64,000 bases of DNA from Desulfomonilia bacterium (GCA_050014195.1 JBEKDT010000018.1:1-64000); one strand, 5' to 3'; shown: positions 49,289 through 61,050, counted from the first letter of the stretch. Notes: generated by a model not told the origin, from the sequence alone. Numbers and translations are program-made.

Positions 49289-49318
49289 TAAATGGTTGAG
49301 GGAGAAAGGAGAGCGGGT

Positions 49319-49603
49319 ATGGGCAAACTTGACACCAGACTTCTCAATATCGGCTTTAACAATGGGGTGGTAGCATCAAGAATCATTGCAATTGTTAATC
49401 CATCATCTTCTCCAATGAAACGCCTCAGAGAAGAAGCCAAGGAGAGAGGTCAACTGATCGACGCAACCCAGGGAAGGAAGACGAGATCCATTATTATTAC
49501 CGATAGTTCCCATGTTATTCTGAGCGCGATTCAGGCAGAAACAATCTCAAACCGCCTTTACGACGGGGGTGGCCAGAAAGAGAATATTGCACTGAAGGAG
49601 TAG
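49319..49603 (+). CDS. RemA/DUF370-family protein
   Basis: [30 protein letters not shown]; between yicC and gmk. Confidence 0.92.
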   Translation: MGKLDTRLLNIGFNNGVVASRIIAIVNPSSSPMKRLREEAKERGQLIDATQGRKTRSIIITDSSHVILSAIQAETISNRLYDGGGQKENIALKE

Positions 49604-49605
49604 CA

Positions 49606-50202
49606 GTGAGGATTTTCATCTCCGGTCCTTCCGGTGTTGGGAAATCAACTATCATCAAAGAAATACTTGCAACGAATCCTGATATGGTTCTCTCAGTTTC
49701 CTACACAACCCGTCCTCCCAGGACAGGTGAGAGGGATGGCTTCGATTATTTCTTTGTTTCCAGGGAATCGTTTGAAGAAATGATCAAGACGAATTCATTC
49801 CTGGAATGGGCTAACGTGCATGACCATCTCTATGGGACATCTTTGCAATGGATCGAATCAAAAGAACACGTTGGGTTAAGCGTCCTCTTTGATATCGACG
49901 TGCAGGGGGTTATGCAGGCGAAAGAAAAGGGATCACCCGGATGCTTCATATTCATCATTCCCCCCGATATGGAGGAGCTTGCAAAGCGCCTGAGCGGCCG
50001 GGGAACGGAAGAACCCCAGGCAGTAAAGCTCAGACTCGAGAATGCAAAGAAAGAGCTTAAGTATTGGGACATGTATGACTATCTTGTGGTAAATGATTCC
50101 CTGGAGAGGACGATTGAGGACATCTCCACGATCATGAAGGCCTATAGATCCTCAAAAGAGATAGTTATCGGGGAACTTCAATGGCTCAGAACAATCGCAT
50201 AA
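49606..50202 (+). CDS. gmk: guanylate kinase
   Basis: GPSGVGKS, SVSYTTRPPR.GE.DG.DY, DIDVQG. Confidence 0.96.
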   Translation: MRIFISGPSGVGKSTIIKEILATNPDMVLSVSYTTRPPRTGERDGFDYFFVSRESFEEMIKTNSFLEWANVHDHLYGTSLQWIESKEHVGLSVLFDIDVQGVMQAKEKGSPGCFIFIIPPDMEELAKRLSGRGTEEPQAVKLRLENAKKELKYWDMYDYLVVNDSLERTIEDISTIMKAYRSSKEIVIGELQWLRTIA

Positions 50203-50897
50203 TCTTCGCGCTGGATGTCGGCAATATGGACTCTGCCAGGCATTGGATCCGCACCCTTATGGGGCATGTCGGATGGTTTAAGGTGGGTCTTGAACTCTTC
50301 ACCGCCGTCGGCCCGGATGTTGTGAAGCTCGTGAAGGACAGCGGTATCAAATGCTTCCTCGACCTCAAGCTCCATGACATTCCGAACACCGTTGCCGGTG
50401 CCGTCAAGTCGGCTGTAAGAACGGGAGCGGACATGATGACAATCCATCTCTCCGGCGGAAGGGCCATGGTAACTGCCGCACTGACGGCTGCTCAAGATGA
50501 GTCACAAGCCCTTGGCATTGAGAGACCAAAGATTGTGGGGGTAAGTGTCCTCACCTCATTAAGCGGTGAAGATCTCAAAGAGATCGGGGTAGACAAGGCC
50601 CCTTCCGAGCAGGTGGAACATCTTGCACGATTTGCAGCCTCCTGTGGTACTGATGCCCTGGTCTGCTCTGCAGAAGATCTCGCCCATATCCGCTCGAACG
50701 TTCCCAAAGCCCTCATGCTCATCACCCCGGGGATAAGGCCCGGCTGGTCGCAAAAAGGAGATCAGAAGCGTATTGCCACGCCACGCTCAGCCCTGCAGGC
50801 AGGGGCTGATCTTCTGGTGATAGGCAGGCCCATCAGTGACTCACCGGACCCTGTAGGGGCTGTTCAAAAGATCACACACGAGATGGAAACCCCTTAG
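50181..50897 (+). CDS. pyrF: orotidine-5'-phosphate decarboxylase
   Basis: ALD, KVGLEL, DLKLHDIPNT, TPGIRP, VIGRPI. Confidence 0.97.
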   Translation: MAQNNRIIFALDVGNMDSARHWIRTLMGHVGWFKVGLELFTAVGPDVVKLVKDSGIKCFLDLKLHDIPNTVAGAVKSAVRTGADMMTIHLSGGRAMVTAALTAAQDESQALGIERPKIVGVSVLTSLSGEDLKEIGVDKAPSEQVEHLARFAASCGTDALVCSAEDLAHIRSNVPKALMLITPGIRPGWSQKGDQKRIATPRSALQAGADLLVIGRPISDSPDPVGAVQKITHEMETP

Positions 50898-50991
50898 GGG
50901 AGCCGGTATTCTTATCACGAGAGAAAAACTAAGAGCACGTTCTTTTTGATGTTGTGTTGACCTCTTAACTGTTCTCCCCTATCGTGCATCC

Positions 50992-51522
50992 ATGTCTATC
51001 AGGATATGCGGCGGCAGATACCGTTCAATTCGTCTTGATTGTCCTGCTTCCCGCGTGCGGCCAACGACCGATCGCGTAAAAGAAGCGATATTCTCAACGC
51101 TGGTCCATGACCTTGAGGATTCTGTTGTCCTGGATCTTTTTGCAGGAAGCGGCAGCCTCGGGATTGAGGCCATAAGCAGGGGTGCATCCCAGGTCACCTT
51201 TATTGAGAAATCAGGCGAATGCATCAAGGTCATCAAGCAAAACATCGAGACCATAGGGGCGCAGCAGCGCTCAATCATCATCAAGTCGGATGTCCGAACC
51301 TATATCAATACATGCCCCACATCCTTTGACCTGATATTCATGGACCCTCCTTACCATAAAGATCTTGCCTCACAATTGGCGCCTCATGTATATAACCTCC
51401 TCAAGATTGGAGGGATATTGGTGGTGGAACACTCAATCAGAGAGGAGGTCCCCTTGGCTGTATGGAAATCGAAGCGATATGGGGACACTGCAATCTCATA
51501 TTTTATCAGGAGTGAGCAATGA
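50992..51522 (+). CDS. rsmD: 16S rRNA m2G966 methyltransferase
   Basis: RPTTDRVKEAIF, DLFAGSG, DPPY. Confidence 0.94.
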   Translation: MSIRICGGRYRSIRLDCPASRVRPTTDRVKEAIFSTLVHDLEDSVVLDLFAGSGSLGIEAISRGASQVTFIEKSGECIKVIKQNIETIGAQQRSIIIKSDVRTYINTCPTSFDLIFMDPPYHKDLASQLAPHVYNLLKIGGILVVEHSIREEVPLAVWKSKRYGDTAISYFIRSEQ

Positions 51523-52028
51523 AGAGGAAAAAAATCGCTGTCTGCCCCGGCTCCTTTGACCCCATCACCCATGGCCACCTTGATATCGTGCGCCGAGGCC
51601 TGTGTGTGTTCGACAAGGTGATCATCGCAGTCGGCCATAACCCCCTGAAGCAGGATCTGTTCACCACGGATGAAAAAATCGAGATGATTACAAAATCCGT
51701 AGAGGGAAATCCACGGATAGAGGTAGATTCATTCGAAGGCCTGCTTGTCGACTACCTCAAGAAGGTTGGTGCCTGTGCCATCCTGCGCGGCCTGAGGGTC
51801 ATCTCGGATTTTGAGCTGGAGATGCAGCTCGCCCTCATGAATAGGAAGCTCTGCAAAGAAGCAGAGACGTTTTTCTTGATGACAGACTACAACCACCTCT
51901 TTGTGAGCTCCACCATCGTCAAGGCAACAGCCGCGGCAGGCGGATCGGTCGAGGGCCTGATTCCGCAGCCCGCCCTGGAGAAACTCCTTGAGAAGTTCCA
52001 CCATATAAATAATAAACAGCATCCGTAG
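51519..52028 (+). CDS. coaD: pantetheine-phosphate adenylyltransferase
   Basis: PGSFDPITHGH, RGLR..SDFELE, SSTIVK. Confidence 0.96.
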   Translation: MKRKKIAVCPGSFDPITHGHLDIVRRGLCVFDKVIIAVGHNPLKQDLFTTDEKIEMITKSVEGNPRIEVDSFEGLLVDYLKKVGACAILRGLRVISDFELEMQLALMNRKLCKEAETFFLMTDYNHLFVSSTIVKATAAAGGSVEGLIPQPALEKLLEKFHHINNKQHP

Positions 52029-52040
52029 GGAGGTTTTTCT

Positions 52041-53219
52041 ATGAAGATATCGAGGCTCGTATCCAAGATCCCGGGATCACCGACACTGGCCTTGACCGCC
52101 AAGGTCAATGAGCTCAAGGCTTTAGGCAAGGATGTCATCGGATTTACTGCAGGTGAACCGGATTTCGATACCCCTGAGAATATAAAGAATTCAGCTATTG
52201 AAGCCTTGGCCCGGGGAAAAACGAAGTACACACCTGTGGGCGGCACACCCAAACTCAAGGAAGCGGTCTGCGCAAACATCAATGAGGATTACGGGATTTC
52301 CGTGTCTCCCGAGAATGTCATCGTCTCTTGCGGTGCAAAGCACAGCCTGTACAACCTCTTTCTTACCCTGTTTGAAGGTGGGGATGAGGTGATCTGTCCC
52401 GGACCGTACTGGGTATCGTACCCACCCATGGTTGAGATGACCGGCGCAACCCCTGTGATCATCGACACCAGGCCCACCGGCATGAAACTCCATGCCGACA
52501 TGGTGGCAGAGGCGATCACCAGGCGCACGAAAGGCATCATCATCAATTCACCATCGAACCCTACCGGCATGGTCATTGAAAAGAACGAGCTGGAAAAGAT
52601 TGCCGAGTTGTGTGTAAGGCATGATATCATAATCATCTCTGATGATATTTATCGCAAGATCATATTCAACGGGCTCTCATTCTTCAGCCCTGCCATGATA
52701 TCACCCGCGGTCGCCGGAAGGACCTTCATCATCGATGGGTCCTCCAAGACCTATGCCATGACCGGGTGGCGCATAGGTTACTGTATAGGTGACAGCAAGG
52801 TTATCAAGGCTATGGAAAGACTCCAGAGCCAGAGTACATCGAATCCGACCAGCTTTGCCCAGGATGGCGCCATTACTTCTTTAACCAACGGCCGGATCAA
52901 CTCGATCGTGGATGAGAGAAGGCGGATATTCGAAAAACGAAGAGACCTTATCGTTACCAAGCTCAAAGAGATCCCCGGGATTGATGTTATACCTCCGAAC
53001 GGGACCTTCTATGCCTTCCCCTCAATAAACGGGTACATGGACCGGTTCGGCAACTCAACCGCCTTCTCGGAATACCTGATCGAAAAGGCCTTAGTGGCGC
53101 TCGTTCCGGGCGGTGAATTCGGCGCTCCGAACCATGTGAGGTTTTCATTTGCCACATCTGAAGAAAATATTATCAAGGGGCTGAATAGGATAAAGGAGGC
53201 CCTCGCATCGCTTAAATAA
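52041..53219 (+). CDS. PLP-dependent class I aminotransferase (aspartate aminotransferase-like)
   Basis: GEPDF, NSPSNPTG, SDDIY, SKTYAMTGWRIG. Confidence 0.93.
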   Translation: MKISRLVSKIPGSPTLALTAKVNELKALGKDVIGFTAGEPDFDTPENIKNSAIEALARGKTKYTPVGGTPKLKEAVCANINEDYGISVSPENVIVSCGAKHSLYNLFLTLFEGGDEVICPGPYWVSYPPMVEMTGATPVIIDTRPTGMKLHADMVAEAITRRTKGIIINSPSNPTGMVIEKNELEKIAELCVRHDIIIISDDIYRKIIFNGLSFFSPAMISPAVAGRTFIIDGSSKTYAMTGWRIGYCIGDSKVIKAMERLQSQSTSNPTSFAQDGAITSLTNGRINSIVDERRRIFEKRRDLIVTKLKEIPGIDVIPPNGTFYAFPSINGYMDRFGNSTAFSEYLIEKALVALVPGGEFGAPNHVRFSFATSEENIIKGLNRIKEALASLK

Positions 53220-53316
53220 TGCTTTGGAGAAATTCGTATCGAGACGGAAGGGCCGCAAACAATGCCATCAGGTGAATGTATGCATCTGATGGGCAGACCA
53301 TAAACCTTAAAACATT

Positions 53317-54138
53317 CTATACCCTGCACCTAACCTCCTTGCTGCTGAACGGGCAGATGAACACTATCTCGCAGGCCGTGAGCCTCATGGGCCGGCCGTC
53401 TTTATTGCCCTTGCCGTAGCGTGGGTCGCCCATGACCGGGTGGCCGGCGGCGGCGAGGTGGCGGCGGATCTGGTGGAGCCTGCCGGTTTCGATCTCTACC
53501 AGCAGGCTAGAAGTGTTCGCATCCGGATCGTAGGAAAGCACGCTATATCTCGTGACTGCCGGCTTGTGGTCAAGGGGCATCTCGATGGTCCCCTGCCCTT
53601 TTTCCATCTCGCCGAGCGCCTCCACCCGGTAGCGCTTGATCACATCACGGCCCTTAAAGAGGTTTGATAAACCGGACGCCGCCTGCTTTGTATGGGCGAC
53701 TATCACCAGGCCTTGAGCCTCCCGGTCGAGCCGGTGCACAAGGAATGCCCCGCGCCTCGGGGTGAAGTGTGTCTCCACCTGCCTCAGGAGCGAGCAGTGG
53801 TCGCCGAATTCCGTACCCTGGGTAAGCAGGCCTGCCGGCTTGTGCCAGATGCTGTAGTGCTGCTTGTCCATCACACATTGGGCTTGAGGCGGTTCGATGG
53901 AAAGAAGGGCAGAATCGTAGAAGAGCTCGACACGGTCTCCGGGCTTTAACACGGCGGTGGCCCTGCGCATGCGCTCACGGCCCTTTCCCTTCCTGCAAAT
54001 CCAGGCAGCACCTTTGTTCATGGCGTCCTTGATGCGTGCCTTGGCCAGGCCGGTATTGGCGGCAAGAAAGTCACTGGCTTGAAGGGGGCCGCCGGAGCCG
54101 ACTGCCTTTTTGAAAATGATCTTTTCATCCGCTGTCAT
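53317..54138 (-). CDS. RluA-family pseudouridine synthase
   Basis: KPAGL, HRLD, TGRLHQIR.H, GDPRYG. Confidence 0.92.
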   Translation of the reverse strand: MTADEKIIFKKAVGSGGPLQASDFLAANTGLAKARIKDAMNKGAAWICRKGKGRERMRRATAVLKPGDRVELFYDSALLSIEPPQAQCVMDKQHYSIWHKPAGLLTQGTEFGDHCSLLRQVETHFTPRRGAFLVHRLDREAQGLVIVAHTKQAASGLSNLFKGRDVIKRYRVEALGEMEKGQGTIEMPLDHKPAVTRYSVLSYDPDANTSSLLVEIETGRLHQIRRHLAAAGHPVMGDPRYGKGNKDGRPMRLTACEIVFICPFSSKEVRCRV

Positions 54139-54200
54139 GGATATTCATTACCCCTGTTTCAATTTGATTAAACGTGAAGATTAAAACACCTATTTACGCA

Positions 54201-54237
54201 CCCCCTCCCCTTGATCCCCTCCCGCCAGGGGAGGGGA
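54201..54237. repeat. GC-rich palindromic intergenic repeat
   Basis: CCCCTCCCC-ttga-TCCCCTCCC-gcca-GGGGAGGGGA. Confidence 0.55.
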
Positions 54238-54385
54238 ACTCAAACTTTTTACGGGATTATCGATATTGTATGGATGGCATACTCATTTCGAGCGATGCGA
54301 GAATCCTTGTCCCTACCAAAGGGGGCGATGACACAAATGGGTACCCCGGGTACGAGGGATGATCCGCCGAGGAAATCCAAAAACC

Positions 54386-56182
54386 TCACGCCCCCTGCAT
54401 CAGTGCCTTGATCTCGTCATGGTCGATCTTTTCCTTGTCCAGCAGCAGGCTCGCGCCTTTGGCAAGCACATCCCTCCTCTGTTTAAGGATATCCAGGGCG
54501 ACCTTATACTGGGCAAAGATGATCTGCCGGATCTCTTTGTCAATGGCCTGCGCCGTTGATTCGCTGTAATCGCCGCGATTTTCCATGCCGAGGTCCATAA
54601 ACTGCGAGCGTCTGTCATGGGCGAGGTAGACCTGGCCTAATGAATCGCTCATGCCGTATTCCTTGACCATGCTCCTGGCGATATCCGTGGCGCGGGACAG
54701 GTCGTTGTGCGCACCGGTGGATATATCGCTGAAGATAATCTCCTCTGCCGCCCTGCCGCCGAGCAGGGATGCGATCTTGTTTAGGAGCTCGGTCTTGCTC
54801 ATGAGAAACCGGTCCTCTGTGGGCACCTGCATGGTGTAGCCGAGCGCGGCAATACCCCGGGGGATGATGGAGATCTTCTGGACAGGGTCCGTGCCGGGCA
54901 GGCTCATGGCGACTATTGCGTGGCCCATCTCATGGTGCGCCACCACTTCCCTCTCATGCTGATTGATGAGCCGGTTCTTCTTCTCGAGCCCGCCGATGAT
55001 ACGTTCCACCGCCTCCTGGAACTCGCTCATGCCCACGAGCTTCTTGTTCCGCCTGACCGCGAGCAGCGCCGCCTCATTCGCGAGGTTCGCCAGGTCGGCG
55101 CCCACCATGCCGGGTGTCATGGCAGCGAGCTTCTCAACATCGACATCGGGTTCGGTTTTGACATTCCTTAAGTGAACCTTGAGGATATCCGCCCTGCCGA
55201 CCTTGTCGGGACGATCCACGAGGATATGGCGGTCAAACCTTCCCGGCCTGAGCAATGCAGGGTCCAGGATCTCGGGCCGGTTGGTGGCCGCCATGAGGAT
55301 GACCCCCACCTTTGAGTCGAAGCCGTCCATCTCCACCAGGAGCTGATTGAGGGTCTGCTCGCGCTCGTCATGGCCACCCATGACGCCGCCGAGCCCTCGC
55401 GCCTTGCCCAGTGCATCGAGCTCATCGATGAAGATGATGCAGGGGGCCTTCTCCTTGGCCTGGACGAAGAGGTCCCTCACCCGGGCGGCGCCAAGGCCCA
55501 CGAACATCTCCACGAAGTCGGACCCGCTCATACTGAAGAACGGCACACCGCTTTCCCCGGCCACTGCCTTTGCCAGCAGGGTCTTTCCGGTGCCCGGAGG
55601 CCCCACTAAAAGGATGCCCTTGGGGATCTTGCCACCAAGCTCGCCGAACTTCCCAGGGTTCTTGAGGAAGTCGATCACCTCCACGAGCTCCTGCTTCGCC
55701 TCATCCACGCCCGCCACATCGGTGAACCTCACATTGAGCTCATTTTCCATATAGATCTTGGCCTTGTTCTTGCCGAGCGACATGAAACCGGGCTGCTGGC
55801 CCGCCATACGCTTCATGAAAAGGTACCAGATCCCGATGAATAGGAAGATAGGCAGCACCCAGGAGATGATGTCCCTCAGGAAGGTGGACTCGATCTCGCC
55901 TTTGAATGTGACACCATACTGTTCCAGGGTCTTCGAGAGCTCCTGGTCGACCCGCACGGTTTTAAATTCTTCAGCCTTTCCCTGAGAGTCCTTCATCTTC
56001 CCCTGGATCTTGTCCTGAGTAACGGCGATCTCGGTGACCTTGCCTGTCTTGAGCAACATCATGAACTGGCTGTAGGGGATGGTCTTCACTGCGAACATCG
56101 ATGCGATGTAGCTCTGGATGATAAGCACCACCCAGACCCCGATCAGGATGTAAAAAACAGAAAACTTATGCTGTTTCTCCAA
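54386..56182 (-). CDS. ftsH: ATP-dependent zinc metalloprotease FtsH (TTG start)
   Basis: Two [26 protein letters not shown] zinc motif. Confidence 0.97.
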   Translation of the reverse strand: MEKQHKFSVFYILIGVWVVLIIQSYIASMFAVKTIPYSQFMMLLKTGKVTEIAVTQDKIQGKMKDSQGKAEEFKTVRVDQELSKTLEQYGVTFKGEIESTFLRDIISWVLPIFLFIGIWYLFMKRMAGQQPGFMSLGKNKAKIYMENELNVRFTDVAGVDEAKQELVEVIDFLKNPGKFGELGGKIPKGILLVGPPGTGKTLLAKAVAGESGVPFFSMSGSDFVEMFVGLGAARVRDLFVQAKEKAPCIIFIDELDALGKARGLGGVMGGHDEREQTLNQLLVEMDGFDSKVGVILMAATNRPEILDPALLRPGRFDRHILVDRPDKVGRADILKVHLRNVKTEPDVDVEKLAAMTPGMVGADLANLANEAALLAVRRNKKLVGMSEFQEAVERIIGGLEKKNRLINQHEREVVAHHEMGHAIVAMSLPGTDPVQKISIIPRGIAALGYTMQVPTEDRFLMSKTELLNKIASLLGGRAAEEIIFSDISTGAHNDLSRATDIARSMVKEYGMSDSLGQVYLAHDRRSQFMDLGMENRGDYSESTAQAIDKEIRQIIFAQYKVALDILKQRRDVLAKGASLLLDKEKIDHDEIKALMQGA

Positions 56183-56299
56183 GTAGGGCCCTCCCCTTCA
56201 TCTATGGCTTATAGTGAAGTAAATATTACTATAGTTAAGATCGCGGCTATTGTACTGCAAGAGGGCATGATCTGCAAACATTTGAGAACCGGACAATCG

Positions 56300-56343
56300 G
56301 TGAACAGTGACCAGTGATCAGAAAAGAAGTGAGTGGTGACTAG
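56300..56343. repeat. imperfect heptamer repeat
   Basis: GTGAACA GTGACCA GTGATCA ... GTGAGTG GTGACTA. Confidence 0.6.
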
Positions 56344-56418
56344 ATCAATGGATAAGAGCCATGGCTGAACCATTATCATTCATGGAATCATCTAACAATG
56401 ATTCAGGGGGATTAAAAT

Positions 56419-57492
56419 ATGTTTAAGAAAATCATGAAAGGACTGATAACCATGATGTTTGTCCTGCCACTGTCTACCGGGATCTCGGCTGACACAAAAT
56501 ATGAATTGGCCACCTTCGCGGGGGGATGTTTCTGGTGTATGGTGCATCCCTTTGATAAGCTCCCAGGGGTGAAAGAGGTTATATCGGGCTATACAGGAGG
56601 CCACACCATCAACCCTACCTATGAAGAGAACTCATCCGGGACAACGGGCCATGCCGAGTCCATCCAGGTGACCTATGACCCGGCGAAGATATCGTATGCG
56701 GACCTGCTGGAGGTGTTCTGGCGGCAAATAGATCCGACCGATGCCGGAGGGCAGTTTGTGGATAGGGGAAACCAGTATAGAAGCGCCATCTTCTACCATA
56801 ACGATGAGCAGAAGAGACTCGCAGAGGAGTCCCGGGACCGGCTCGCAAAGTCCGGCAGGTTCAAAAAGCCCATCGTCACCGAGATCGTGAAGGCAGGCAC
56901 GTTCTATAAGGCAGAAGAATACCACCAATATTACTACAAGAAGAACCCCATCCGGTATAAGTACTACCGGTTCAACTCAGGCCGTGACCAGTTCCTTGAT
57001 AAGGTCTGGGGGAAAGACAGGGATTATGTGCCCGCAAAGACCGGAACTGGTTCGTACACCAAGCCGAGTGCGGAGGTCCTGAAAAAGAAGCTCACACCAA
57101 TGCAGTTCAAGGTCACCCAGAAAGAGGGAACGGAACCGCCCTTTGACAATACCTACTGGAACAACAAGCACGAGGGCATCTATGTGGACGTGGTCTCCGG
57201 AGAGCCGCTGTTCAGCTCCAAGGACAAGTACGATTCGGGCACGGGCTGGCCGAGCTTCACCAAGCCTCTGGAGCCGGGTAATATCGTGGAGAAGAAGGAC
57301 AGGAGCCTTTTCACGACAAGGACAGAGGTCAGGAGCAGGCATGCCGATTCTCATCTCGGGCATGTCTTTGATGATGGGCCGCCGCCTACGGGGCTGCGCT
57401 ACTGCATGAACTCGGCCGCATTGCGCTTCATCCCCAAGGAGGACCTGGAAAAGGACGGCTATGGCCAGTACCTCAAGCTCTTCGAAAAATGA
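56419..57492 (+). CDS. msrAB: exported bifunctional methionine sulfoxide reductase MsrA/MsrB
   Basis: Signal peptide; GGCFWC and AEEYHQ (MsrA); GTEPPF, GWPSF, HLGHVF, RYCMNS (MsrB). Confidence 0.95.
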   Translation: MFKKIMKGLITMMFVLPLSTGISADTKYELATFAGGCFWCMVHPFDKLPGVKEVISGYTGGHTINPTYEENSSGTTGHAESIQVTYDPAKISYADLLEVFWRQIDPTDAGGQFVDRGNQYRSAIFYHNDEQKRLAEESRDRLAKSGRFKKPIVTEIVKAGTFYKAEEYHQYYYKKNPIRYKYYRFNSGRDQFLDKVWGKDRDYVPAKTGTGSYTKPSAEVLKKKLTPMQFKVTQKEGTEPPFDNTYWNNKHEGIYVDVVSGEPLFSSKDKYDSGTGWPSFTKPLEPGNIVEKKDRSLFTTRTEVRSRHADSHLGHVFDDGPPPTGLRYCMNSAALRFIPKEDLEKDGYGQYLKLFEK

Positions 57493-57609
57493 TTGTCCGG
57501 ATAATGATATAATTGACTGAAGAGGGCATTTCTTTTTAGCATGCAATAGGCTATTCCAGGTATATGTATACCTTATGGGTATATACAAAGAATATATCGG
57601 TGGTTGAAA

Positions 57610-58953
57610 ATGTCCGGGCCATTATTAAATATCCTCGTCGTTGACGATGAGCTGAACATCCGCAAGACCCTGACGGTCTTCCTCGAGACCGAGGGGCATA
57701 AGGTTGTTGCCGTCAGTAATTTCCAGGATGCCGTTTCAGAGAACTCACGGCATTCTTTTGATATGGCCTTTGTGGACCTGAGACTCGGGACCCAAAGCGG
57801 CCTCGACCTCATTCCCGTGCTGATGGCTGCTTCACCCTGGATCAAGATCGTGGTGATAACGGCCTATGCATCGATCGATACGGCCGTGGAGGCGATAAAG
57901 CGGGGTGCAACGGATTATATCCCCAAACCGTTCACCCCTGCCCAGGTAAAATTGGCCGTTCAAAAGACAGCCGAGGTACGTTCTCTTGAGCAGCATGTTG
58001 ATGCCCTCCGGACGGATCTGCACCGAATCAATCCGGAGATGGAATTCACCAGCAGAAGTCCTGTCATGCAGCGAACTATCGAGCTCGCCAGGCAGGTGGC
58101 ATCGACCGACTCGATCATCCTGTTGACCGGTGAAAACGGCACCGGCAAGAGCGTGCTCGCGCGGGCGATTCATGCCTGGAGCAGCCGCTCCAACAAGCCA
58201 TTTGCCGAGATCTCATGCCCGAGCCTCTCACCGGAGCTCCTGGAGAGCGAGCTCTTCGGCCATGTCAAAGGGGCCTTTACCGGGGCAGTCAGGGACAATC
58301 CAGGGCGGATCGCCTCGTGTGAAGGCGGGACCCTTTTCCTCGACGAGATCGGCGATCTCCCCCTTTCCGTGCAACCCAAGCTCTTGAGGTTTATCCAGGA
58401 AAGGCAGTATGAGCGCCTGGGCGACCATGCCACCCGAAAGGCGGACATGAGACTGGTTACGGCCACGAACACCAATCTGGAGCAGGCCGTTAAGGACCAC
58501 AGGTTTCGCGAAGACCTCTACTACCGGCTCAATGTGATCCCCATCGAGATCCCTCCGCTTCGTGAACGGTCTGAGGATATAGCCGCCCTTGCCGTAGCGA
58601 TGCTCTCCTTTTTTGCCCGGAACAACCACCGCCCCGTGCAGCGCTTCACAGACAAAGCAATGAATGCCCTGAAAAGCTATGCCTGGCCGGGGAATGTCCG
58701 CGAGCTCCGTAATGTCGTGGAAAGGGCTTCCATCCTGTGTCCTTACGAGCTCGTAGGGACCGAATTCCTCCCGGAGGCACTCGAAACCGAAGGAGAATCC
58801 ATAAAGCCCGGAGATCTCGTTTCCATCGAGAGGCTTGAAGAGATGCACATCCGCCACGTCCTGGCTTCGACAAAATCCTTGCAGGAGGCCGCCGACATCC
58901 TCGGGATCGATCAGGCAACGCTCTGGAGGCGGCGGAAGCGATACAATATCTGA
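57610..58953 (+). CDS. sigma54-dependent response regulator (NtrC family, AlgB-like)
   Basis: Receiver domain, GENGTGKS, ESELFGH.KGAFTGA, WPGNVRELRN, Fis-type HTH. Confidence 0.95.
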   Translation: MSGPLLNILVVDDELNIRKTLTVFLETEGHKVVAVSNFQDAVSENSRHSFDMAFVDLRLGTQSGLDLIPVLMAASPWIKIVVITAYASIDTAVEAIKRGATDYIPKPFTPAQVKLAVQKTAEVRSLEQHVDALRTDLHRINPEMEFTSRSPVMQRTIELARQVASTDSIILLTGENGTGKSVLARAIHAWSSRSNKPFAEISCPSLSPELLESELFGHVKGAFTGAVRDNPGRIASCEGGTLFLDEIGDLPLSVQPKLLRFIQERQYERLGDHATRKADMRLVTATNTNLEQAVKDHRFREDLYYRLNVIPIEIPPLRERSEDIAALAVAMLSFFARNNHRPVQRFTDKAMNALKSYAWPGNVRELRNVVERASILCPYELVGTEFLPEALETEGESIKPGDLVSIERLEEMHIRHVLASTKSLQEAADILGIDQATLWRRRKRYNI

Positions 58954-58962
58954 AAGAACGCC

Positions 58963-59008
58963 TTGAAAAATGCAAGACAACCATTATCCATATCCTTGCA
59001 GAATGCAA
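58963..59008 (+). promoter_or_regulatory. candidate upstream activator sites (two copies)
   Basis: TTGAAAAATGCAA (58963) and palindromic TTGCAGAATGCAA (58996). Confidence 0.5.
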
Positions 59009-59061
59009 CGAGGGTTTGTGCTCGTTGCAACTAACCCTTTGATTTCTTATGACCTTAGTCA

Positions 59062-59076
59062 TGGCACACAGATTGC
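59062..59076 (+). promoter_or_regulatory. sigma54 -24/-12 promoter
   Basis: TGGCAC-ACAGA-TTGC, consensus match 27 nt before the kinase start. Confidence 0.8.
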
Positions 59077-59103
59077 GTAAGATAAAGAGGGAGGAGTGGA
59101 CGG

Positions 59104-60969
59104 ATGCTGAGCTTACGACAGAAGTTGCTGGTGGGGTTCGGAGGCCTTCTGCTCATTATCATTTTTCTCGGCGTGAAGAGCATCATCCAGGTCACGGACC
59201 TGGGGGGTGCCATCGATGCCATCCTCAGGGAGAATTACCGGAGCGTAATCGCATGCCAGGACATGAAAGAATCAATGGAGAAGATCGATGACGGCGCGCT
59301 GCTCGTGATCCTGGGGTTTAGAAAAGACGGGATTGATGCCATCAATAAAAATGCCCCGGATTTCGAGAAGGCACTCAACACTGAACTGCACAACATAACC
59401 CTGCCCGGCGAGGGACAAAAGGCGAACCATCTCCGGGAACTCTATGCCCGGCATAAATCCATCATACAGAACCTGGAAGATCAGTCTCTATCCCCTGGAA
59501 CGCTGCGCCGGATGTATCTGACGGATCTTAAGCGGCTCTACGGGGAGATCAGCGACACTGCGGATGAGATCCTCACCATGAACCAGAAGAATATGTACGA
59601 TGAAAGCCAGCATGCCCGCAAGAAGGCCGCAATTGCCAGGCATGAGATGTATGTCCTCCTGCTCATGGGGGCTGCGGTTGCTGTCTGCTACATGTTTCTG
59701 ATCGGTAAATGGATCTTGAGGCCGATCAAGACCCTCACCCAGTCGGTGGACGAGATCAGGCATGGGAATCTCGACCTTGTGGTGAAGAGCAACACCCATG
59801 ACGAGATCGGCCATCTCTCTGATGCATTCAACGAAATGACGGCCGGCCTCAGGGAGGTCCGCCGGAAAGATGAAGACAAGCTGATCAGGATGCAGCAGTC
59901 CACGCAGCAGACCTTCAACATCCTTCCCAATGCGGTTGCCATGGTCGATCTGGACGGAAAGGTGGAAATATCCACGGAAACGGCCTCGAAGACCTTCGGG
60001 CTCAAGCGCGGTGTGCAGATTCAGGGTCTGCATGTCAAGTGGATGAACGACCTCTTCAAAGAGGCCCTGGCAAGTGATCCTGCTCAAATGCAGAAGAAAA
60101 GTGCACCCGTCATACAGCACTTTGTCAATGCCGAAGAACACTACTTCCAGCCCACTGCCGTACCCATCCTGAACAAATGGAAGCAGATGACGGGCGTCAT
60201 CCTGGTGCTCAATGATGTCACCGAGCAGATGGAACAGGATGAGCTCAAGCGGGAGTTCATATCAACGGTCTCGCATCAGTTGAAGACTCCGCTCACCTCG
60301 GTCCGCATGGCCCTTCACATCCTGCTCGAGGAAAAAATCGGCTCTCTGACACCTAAGCAGGCCGACCTCCTGATCGCCGCACGTGAAGACTCGGAGCGAC
60401 TGCATGGTATTATCGATAACCTGCTGGACATCAGCCGTATCGAATCCGGCAAGATAGAGATGAATATACAGCCGGTCTCTCCCGCTCAGCTCGTCCTCAA
60501 GGCCGCCGAGTCTTTCCGGAGCTCAGCCCATGACCACGGTGTGGAACTGGCAACAGAACTGCCGGACGATTTACCGCATGTCTCTGCGGATACGATCCAG
60601 ATCTCTCATGTCTTTGCCAACCTCATTTCGAATGCCCTGAAGTACACTGCGTCCGGCGGCAAAATCATTGTCTCTGCCCAGGCCGACAGGGAGCTTGTCA
60701 GCTTCAAAGTGTCCGATACCGGTCAAGGCATTGATGTCCAATACCTTCCCCGGGTATTCGACCGGTTTTTCCGGGTACCCGGTCAGGAAATGGAGACAGG
60801 CACCGGACTGGGCCTTGCGATAGTCAAGGAGATCGTCGAGGCACACGAGGGGACCGTGAATGTTGAAAGTACCATCGGCATAGGAAGCACCTTCTCCTTT
60901 ACCCTTCCGAGATCGGATAGAATCAAGGTTCTCACGAGCGAAAAAGAGGAACAGACATGGTTGATGTGA
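59104..60969 (+). CDS. sensor histidine kinase (periplasmic 4-helix, HAMP, PAS-like, HisKA, HATPase; KinB-like)
   Basis: Two TM, DEIGHL..AFNEM, SHQLKTPLTS, NLISNA, DTGQG, GTGLGL. Confidence 0.93.
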   Translation: MLSLRQKLLVGFGGLLLIIIFLGVKSIIQVTDLGGAIDAILRENYRSVIACQDMKESMEKIDDGALLVILGFRKDGIDAINKNAPDFEKALNTELHNITLPGEGQKANHLRELYARHKSIIQNLEDQSLSPGTLRRMYLTDLKRLYGEISDTADEILTMNQKNMYDESQHARKKAAIARHEMYVLLLMGAAVAVCYMFLIGKWILRPIKTLTQSVDEIRHGNLDLVVKSNTHDEIGHLSDAFNEMTAGLREVRRKDEDKLIRMQQSTQQTFNILPNAVAMVDLDGKVEISTETASKTFGLKRGVQIQGLHVKWMNDLFKEALASDPAQMQKKSAPVIQHFVNAEEHYFQPTAVPILNKWKQMTGVILVLNDVTEQMEQDELKREFISTVSHQLKTPLTSVRMALHILLEEKIGSLTPKQADLLIAAREDSERLHGIIDNLLDISRIESGKIEMNIQPVSPAQLVLKAAESFRSSAHDHGVELATELPDDLPHVSADTIQISHVFANLISNALKYTASGGKIIVSAQADRELVSFKVSDTGQGIDVQYLPRVFDRFFRVPGQEMETGTGLGLAIVKEIVEAHEGTVNVESTIGIGSTFSFTLPRSDRIKVLTSEKEEQTWLM

Positions 60970-61050
60970 TCTCCATTGTATCCGCATTCTTTCAAGGATG
61001 GGTATTATCCTGATCTTAAAAAAGCAGATCCGAACAGGAACATAAAATAA